Positions 28,265 through 32,000 of a stretch of 32,000 bases of DNA are shown one piece after another (the first letter of the stretch is position 1; each line of letters starts with the position of its first letter). The notes under the pieces are model-generated. The model did no database searches and was not told the origin of the DNA. It saw only the letters and a program-made list of their open reading frames with translations. The position numbers and the translations under genes were made by a program. The stretch spans positions 403,426 to 435,425 of the forward strand of contig NZ_LR134201.1 in the NCBI RefSeq assembly GCF_900635955.1, written 5' to 3'. Source of the stretch: Cedecea lapagei (GTDB lineage: Bacteria > Pseudomonadota > Gammaproteobacteria > Enterobacterales > Enterobacteriaceae).

Positions 28265-28581
28265 AAATGACCTTAACGCCCGTCCTTCGGGCTGCTTTGT
28301 ATCGTCGCGCCGTAGCCTGTGCCTGGCTGACGGTGTGCGAGCGTCAGCAGCGTTACCCGCACCTCACCCTTGAAGCGCTGGAGAGCGCCATCGCCGCCGA
28401 GCTGGAGGGGTTCTACCTGCGCCAGCACGGCGAGGAGAAAGGCCGCCTGATTGCCTGCGCCCTGCTGGAAGACTTGATGGAAGCCGGTGCCCTGAAAGCT
28501 GTCCCGGCGCTGTCCTTCCTCGGGCTGGCTGTGATGGATGAACTTTGCGGCCGGCATATTACTCCGCCGGTTCTGCACTGA
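28261..28581 (+). CDS. Hypothetical satellite protein (106 aa)
   Basis: The ORF is coupled to its upstream neighbour by an ATGA overlap and ends 15 nt before the alpha start. I recognise no motif. Confidence 0.5.
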   Translation: MKMTLTPVLRAALYRRAVACAWLTVCERQQRYPHLTLEALESAIAAELEGFYLRQHGEEKGRLIACALLEDLMEAGALKAVPALSFLGLAVMDELCGRHITPPVLH

Positions 28582-28595
28582 GGGAGAGAACAGGA

Positions 28596-30929
28596 ATGAA
28601 AATGAACGTAACGGAAACCGTAAAACAGGCCTGCGGCCACTGGCCGCACATTCTCCCGGCGCTGGGCGTGAAGGTCATTAAAAACCGGCATCAGGCCTGT
28701 CCGGTCTGCGGCGGCGCTGACCGCTTCCGCTTTGACGATAAAGAAGGGCGCGGGACGTGGTTCTGTAACCAGTGTGGCGCGGGTGACGGGCTGAAACTGG
28801 TTGAGAAGGTCTTAGGTCTGAACGCCGGAGAGGCTGCGAAACAGGTCAATGCCGTGACCGGCAGCCTGTCGCCGGTTGCCCCGGAGGTCATTGCCGCAGC
28901 GGAGGCCGAAACCGAGGCCAGCCGCAAAGCGGCGGCTGAGCTGGCCGCGAAACTGACTGAGAAAACCCGCCCGGCCACCGGCAACGCCTACCTGACCCGC
29001 AAGGGCTTCCCCGACCGGGAAGGCCTGACGCTGACCACCGGCCACAAAACCGGCGGCGTGAGCTACCGTACCGGGGATGTGGTGGTGCCGCTGCATGATG
29101 AAAATGGGGTGCTCGTAAACCTCCAGTTGATTAATGCTGACGGCCTCAAACGCACCCTGAAAGGCGGCCAGGTGAAAGGGGCATGGCATACCCTCGAAGG
29201 GCAGAAACAGGCCGGGAAACGGCTGTGGATTACCGAGGGCTATGCCACGGCGCTGACCGTGCATCACCTCACCGGGGAAACCGTGTGGGTGGCACTATCC
29301 TCCGTGAACCTCCTTTCTCTGGCGAGCCTTGCCCGGCAGAAATACCCGGCCTGCCAGATTGTGCTGGCGGCTGACCGCGACCTCAACGGCGACGGCCAGA
29401 CCAAAGCCAGCGCCGCCGCGACAGCCTGCGAGGGACTGGTCGCCCTGCCGCCGGTCTTCGGTGACTGGAATGACGCGCATGTACAGCAGGGGGAAGCGGT
29501 CACCCGTCAGGCGCTGAGGGATGCCCTGAAACCGCCGGTTGCCAGCCCGTTCGACACCATGAGCGAGGCGGAATTTACCGCCATGAGTACCAGTGAAAAG
29601 GCGATGCGGGTGCATGAGCATTATGGCGAAGCGCTGGCGGTTGACCCGAACGGCCAGCTCCTGTCCCGCTATGAGGCCGGAGCCTGGAAGGTTATCTCCC
29701 CGGCAGATTTCTCCCGCGACGTGGCCGCGCTCTTTCAGCGTCTGCGCGCCCCGTTCTCATCCGGGAAAATTGCCTCCGTGGTGGAGACCCTGAAACTGAT
29801 TATTCCCCGGCAGGACGCCCCGGCGCGGCGTCTGATTGGCTTCCGCAATGGTGTGCTCGATACCAGTTCCGGGATGTTCAGCCCCCACAATAAGGCGAAC
29901 TGGCTGCGTACACTGTGTGAGGTGGACTTTACGCCGCCTGTGGAGGGCGAGTCTCTGGAGACCCACGCCCCGAACTTCTGGCGCTGGCTCGACCGTGCCG
30001 CCGGTGGCCGTTCTGATAAACGTGACGTAATACTCGCCGCACTGTTTATGGTGCTGGCGAACCGCTACGACTGGCAGCTCTTTCTCGAGGTGACCGGGCC
30101 GGGCGGCAGCGGGAAAAGTATTCTGGCCGAAATCGCCACCCTGCTCGCCGGGAAAGATAACGCCACGTCTGCGGATATCGATACGCTGGAAGACCCCCGC
30201 AAACGTGCCTCCCTCATTGGCTTCTCGCTTATCCGTCTGCCTGACCAGGAGAAATGGAGCGGGGACGGGGCTGGCCTCAAAGCCATCACCGGCGGCGATG
30301 CGGTTTCCGTTGACCCGAAATACCAGAACCCGTACTCAACGCATATTCCGGCGGTGATTCTGGCCGTGAACAATAACCCGATGCGCTTCACCGACCGCAG
30401 CGGCGGTGTGTCCCGTCGCCGGGTGATTATCCACTTCCCGGAGCAGATTGCCCCGGAGGAGCGCGACCCGCAGCTCCGGGACAAAATTGCCTGTGAGCTG
30501 GCCGTGATTGTGCGCCAGCTTATGCAGCGGTTCAGCGACCCGATGAGCGCCCGGAGCCTGCTCCAGTCACAGCAGAACTCCGACGAGGCGCTCAGCATCA
30601 AACGCGACGCTGACCCGACCTTTGATTTTTGCGGCTACCTTGAAGCGCTCCCGCAGACCAACGGGATGTTTATGGGGAATGCGAATATCGTCCCGCGCCA
30701 GCCCCGGAACTACCTCTATCACGCCTATCTGGTGTATATGGAGGCCAACGGCTACCGGAACGTGCTGAGCCTGAAAATGTTCGGGCTAGGGCTGCCGGTG
30801 ATGCTGAAAGAATACGGCCTGAACTACGAGAAGCGGCACACGAAACAGGGGACACAAACCAACCTGACGCTGAAAGAGGAAAGCAACGGCGAGTGGCTGC
30901 CGAAGTGCGACGACCCCGAAGCGACATAA
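28596..30929 (+). CDS. alpha: P4 alpha-type replication protein (zinc-finger primase + TOPRIM + D5/SF3 helicase + origin binding)
   Basis: Starting at ATG 28596 (MKMNVTETVKQACGHWPHILPALG) gives 777 aa, the P4 alpha length. It has the zinc finger CPVCGGADRFRFDDKEGRGTWFCNQC, the TOPRIM motif WITEGYATAL...AADRD and Walker A GPGGSGKS. Confidence 0.94.
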   Translation: MKMNVTETVKQACGHWPHILPALGVKVIKNRHQACPVCGGADRFRFDDKEGRGTWFCNQCGAGDGLKLVEKVLGLNAGEAAKQVNAVTGSLSPVAPEVIAAAEAETEASRKAAAELAAKLTEKTRPATGNAYLTRKGFPDREGLTLTTGHKTGGVSYRTGDVVVPLHDENGVLVNLQLINADGLKRTLKGGQVKGAWHTLEGQKQAGKRLWITEGYATALTVHHLTGETVWVALSSVNLLSLASLARQKYPACQIVLAADRDLNGDGQTKASAAATACEGLVALPPVFGDWNDAHVQQGEAVTRQALRDALKPPVASPFDTMSEAEFTAMSTSEKAMRVHEHYGEALAVDPNGQLLSRYEAGAWKVISPADFSRDVAALFQRLRAPFSSGKIASVVETLKLIIPRQDAPARRLIGFRNGVLDTSSGMFSPHNKANWLRTLCEVDFTPPVEGESLETHAPNFWRWLDRAAGGRSDKRDVILAALFMVLANRYDWQLFLEVTGPGGSGKSILAEIATLLAGKDNATSADIDTLEDPRKRASLIGFSLIRLPDQEKWSGDGAGLKAITGGDAVSVDPKYQNPYSTHIPAVILAVNNNPMRFTDRSGGVSRRRVIIHFPEQIAPEERDPQLRDKIACELAVIVRQLMQRFSDPMSARSLLQSQQNSDEALSIKRDADPTFDFCGYLEALPQTNGMFMGNANIVPRQPRNYLYHAYLVYMEANGYRNVLSLKMFGLGLPVMLKEYGLNYEKRHTKQGTQTNLTLKEESNGEWLPKCDDPEAT

Positions 30930-30936
30930 CCTACAC

Positions 30937-30962
30937 AGACCGGCATTCGCCGGTCTTTTTGT
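30937..30962 (+). terminator. Rho-independent terminator of alpha
   Basis: agaccggc (30937-30944) pairs with gccggtct (30949-30956) across loop attc, followed by TTTTTGT. Confidence 0.75.
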
Positions 30963-30978
30963 ATCTGGCGGCACCGAA

Positions 30979-31250
30979 GGTGAACATTCCACTGTTCACC
31001 CTTCACCGTATATTCACCCGCTAACACAATGAAAATAAAGTGAAAAAATGCAGGGTGAACAGAGTGAACAATAAAACCAGAAAAAACTTTTTTACCCCCT
31101 CCCGGCATCCCCCTCCGACAGCCTGTGACAACCAGAGCGGCCAGCCCCTTGTCTGGGTGAAGAATCGATTGTTCACTCTTCACCAACTCATCACCACTTA
31201 TCTTTATGATACTAAACAGAAAAACCATGAGGTGAACAGTGTGAACAGTT
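30979..31250. repeat. ori-like cluster of TGTTCACC/GGTGAACA iterons
   Basis: ggtgaaca is at 30979, tgttcacc at 30993, cttcacc at 31001 and tattcacc at 31011. ggtgaaca/agtgaaca are at about 31054 and 31063, and ttgttcac/tcttcacc/tcatcacc at about 31169-31195. ggtgaaca/gtgaaca are at about 31230 and 31240. The cluster lies about 4.1 kb from the first one. Confidence 0.72.
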
Positions 31251-31465
31251 ATACGGAAAAAAAGAATTTTACTGGCGTGCAATATTACCCCGGTTAGGAT
31301 CCGTATGACGGAACCTAACCATTGAATGAAAAATATCCATTTCCTTATGAATACCAAACAGTTGTGAACTTAAGGGGCATAGAAAAGCATGGGGGCATAA
31401 AAGGGGGCACATGTTTGTAGTGGTTAATTAATTTTCTTTATATTCAGTATGTTGTTTTGTATTTT

Positions 31466-31485
31466 GAGTCCGGCCTTCGCACCAT
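31466..31485 (+). repeat. attR core of the satellite, which is also the attL-like junction for the next island
   Basis: gagtccggccttcgcaccat duplicates the leuX 3' end (20442-20461) with one G missing. Confidence 0.8.
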
Positions 31486-31497
31486 CGGAACATCAAT

Positions 31498-31522
31498 AGA
31501 CGTCAACGGACGTCTTTTTTTG
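31498..31522 (+). terminator. Hairpin terminator following the tRNA-end repeat
   Basis: agacgtc (31498-31504) pairs with gacgtct (31509-31515) across loop aacg, followed by a T7 run. Confidence 0.6.
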
Positions 31523-31682
31523 TGCCTGAAATCCAGTACCCGCAAGGCTTTCCTCGCTTTTTCATTCAACCTAAGTCAACCTGATTCAATCTACATCAAC
31601 TTACTGATGCGGGTACAACTGCGGGTATATCGCGGTTCGATAATGTTTGTACCCACATAGAACCCTTGAAAGGATACTCATC

Positions 31683-32000
31683 ATGGCTCTGAGTGATGTG
31701 AAGGTTCGTTCGGCTAAGCCTGAAGCAAAAGCCTATAAGCTTACTGATGGTGAAGGCATGGTTTTGCTGGTTCACCCTAACGGTTCCAAATACTGGCGGC
31801 TTCGTTATCGCTTTGGCGGCAAAGAGAAGATGCTGGCGCTGGGAAAATACCCTGAAATGTCGTTGGCGGATGTCCGGGCACGCCGGGATGAAGCCCGTAA
31901 GCTGTTAGCTAATGGTGTCGATCCCAGTGAGAACAAGAAAGCCGTTAAGGTAGAGCAGGAGCAAGAGGCGATAACGTTTGAAGTGGTTGCCAGAGACTGG
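31683..32000 (+). CDS. Second P4-type tyrosine integrase, 3'-truncated by the window edge (first 106 codons)
   Basis: This ORF is not in the ORF track because it has no stop in the window. It starts at ATG 31683 with an upstream aagga. The translation MALSDVKVRSAKPEAKAYKLTDGEGMVLLVHPNGSKYWRLRYRFGGKEKMLALGKYPEMSLADVRARRDEARKLLANGVDP is the canonical IntB/P4-Int N-terminal arm-binding domain. Confidence 0.9.
   Translation, partial: MALSDVKVRSAKPEAKAYKLTDGEGMVLLVHPNGSKYWRLRYRFGGKEKMLALGKYPEMSLADVRARRDEARKLLANGVDPSENKKAVKVEQEQEAITFEVVARDW

Larger units (their letters stand above)
20462..31485. mobile_element. P4-like phage satellite (integrated, about 11 kb) at leuX
   Basis: The element is bounded by the tRNA 3'-end direct repeats. 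Gene order is int, cargo, cos, psu, delta, sid, crr-like iterons, vis/alpA, C4-like RNA, icd-like, two small ORFs, alpha, ori-like iterons. This matches prophage P4 organisation and size. Confidence 0.88.

Noticed and set aside
30824-31357. A 177-aa minus-strand ORF (and an 85-aa plus-strand ORF at 31040-31297) after alpha
   Set aside because: They overlap the alpha 3' end, its terminator and the iteron-rich ori-like region. The translations are dominated by iteron-encoded VHS/FFI strings and show no motifs.

Overview
This is an enterobacterial chromosome segment (Enterobacter/Klebsiella-like). Bases 1-20.3 kb are conserved core. They carry uhpC' (5'-truncated), uhpT, a yicN-like gene, yjgM, valS, holC, pepA, lptF, lptG, a HAAAP permease, yjgR, a fused ATP-dependent dihydroxyacetone kinase, ahr, and a translationally coupled HNH-nuclease/SAM-methyltransferase pair. 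Two things interrupt the core. An IS110-family element (about 1.18 kb) sits in a REP-like hairpin between lptG and the permease. A 72-bp tandem array of the same REP-like hairpin lies between yjgR and the permease. tRNA-Leu(CAA) leuX (20377-20461) is an integration hotspot. An approximately 11-kb P4-like phage satellite is integrated there (20462-31485). Its parts are a P4-type integrase, a single AT-rich cargo gene, a P2/186-type cos site, psu-delta-sid with an Ogr/Delta TGT-N12-ACA late promoter, a crr-like TGTTCACC iteron cluster, a Vis/AlpA regulator, a C4-like antisense-RNA plus icd-like immunity module, alpha primase-helicase, an ori-like iteron cluster, and an attR copy of the tRNA 3' end. 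A second P4-type integrase starts at 31683 and runs off the window, so the islands are in tandem. The most interesting element is the satellite's hotspot cargo at 21935-24688. It is a 917-aa fusion of a PHP phosphoesterase with a Rad50/SbcC-like coiled-coil ABC ATPase, and it is a candidate single-gene anti-phage system. All calls come from reading the translations and sequence by eye. No database search was run.
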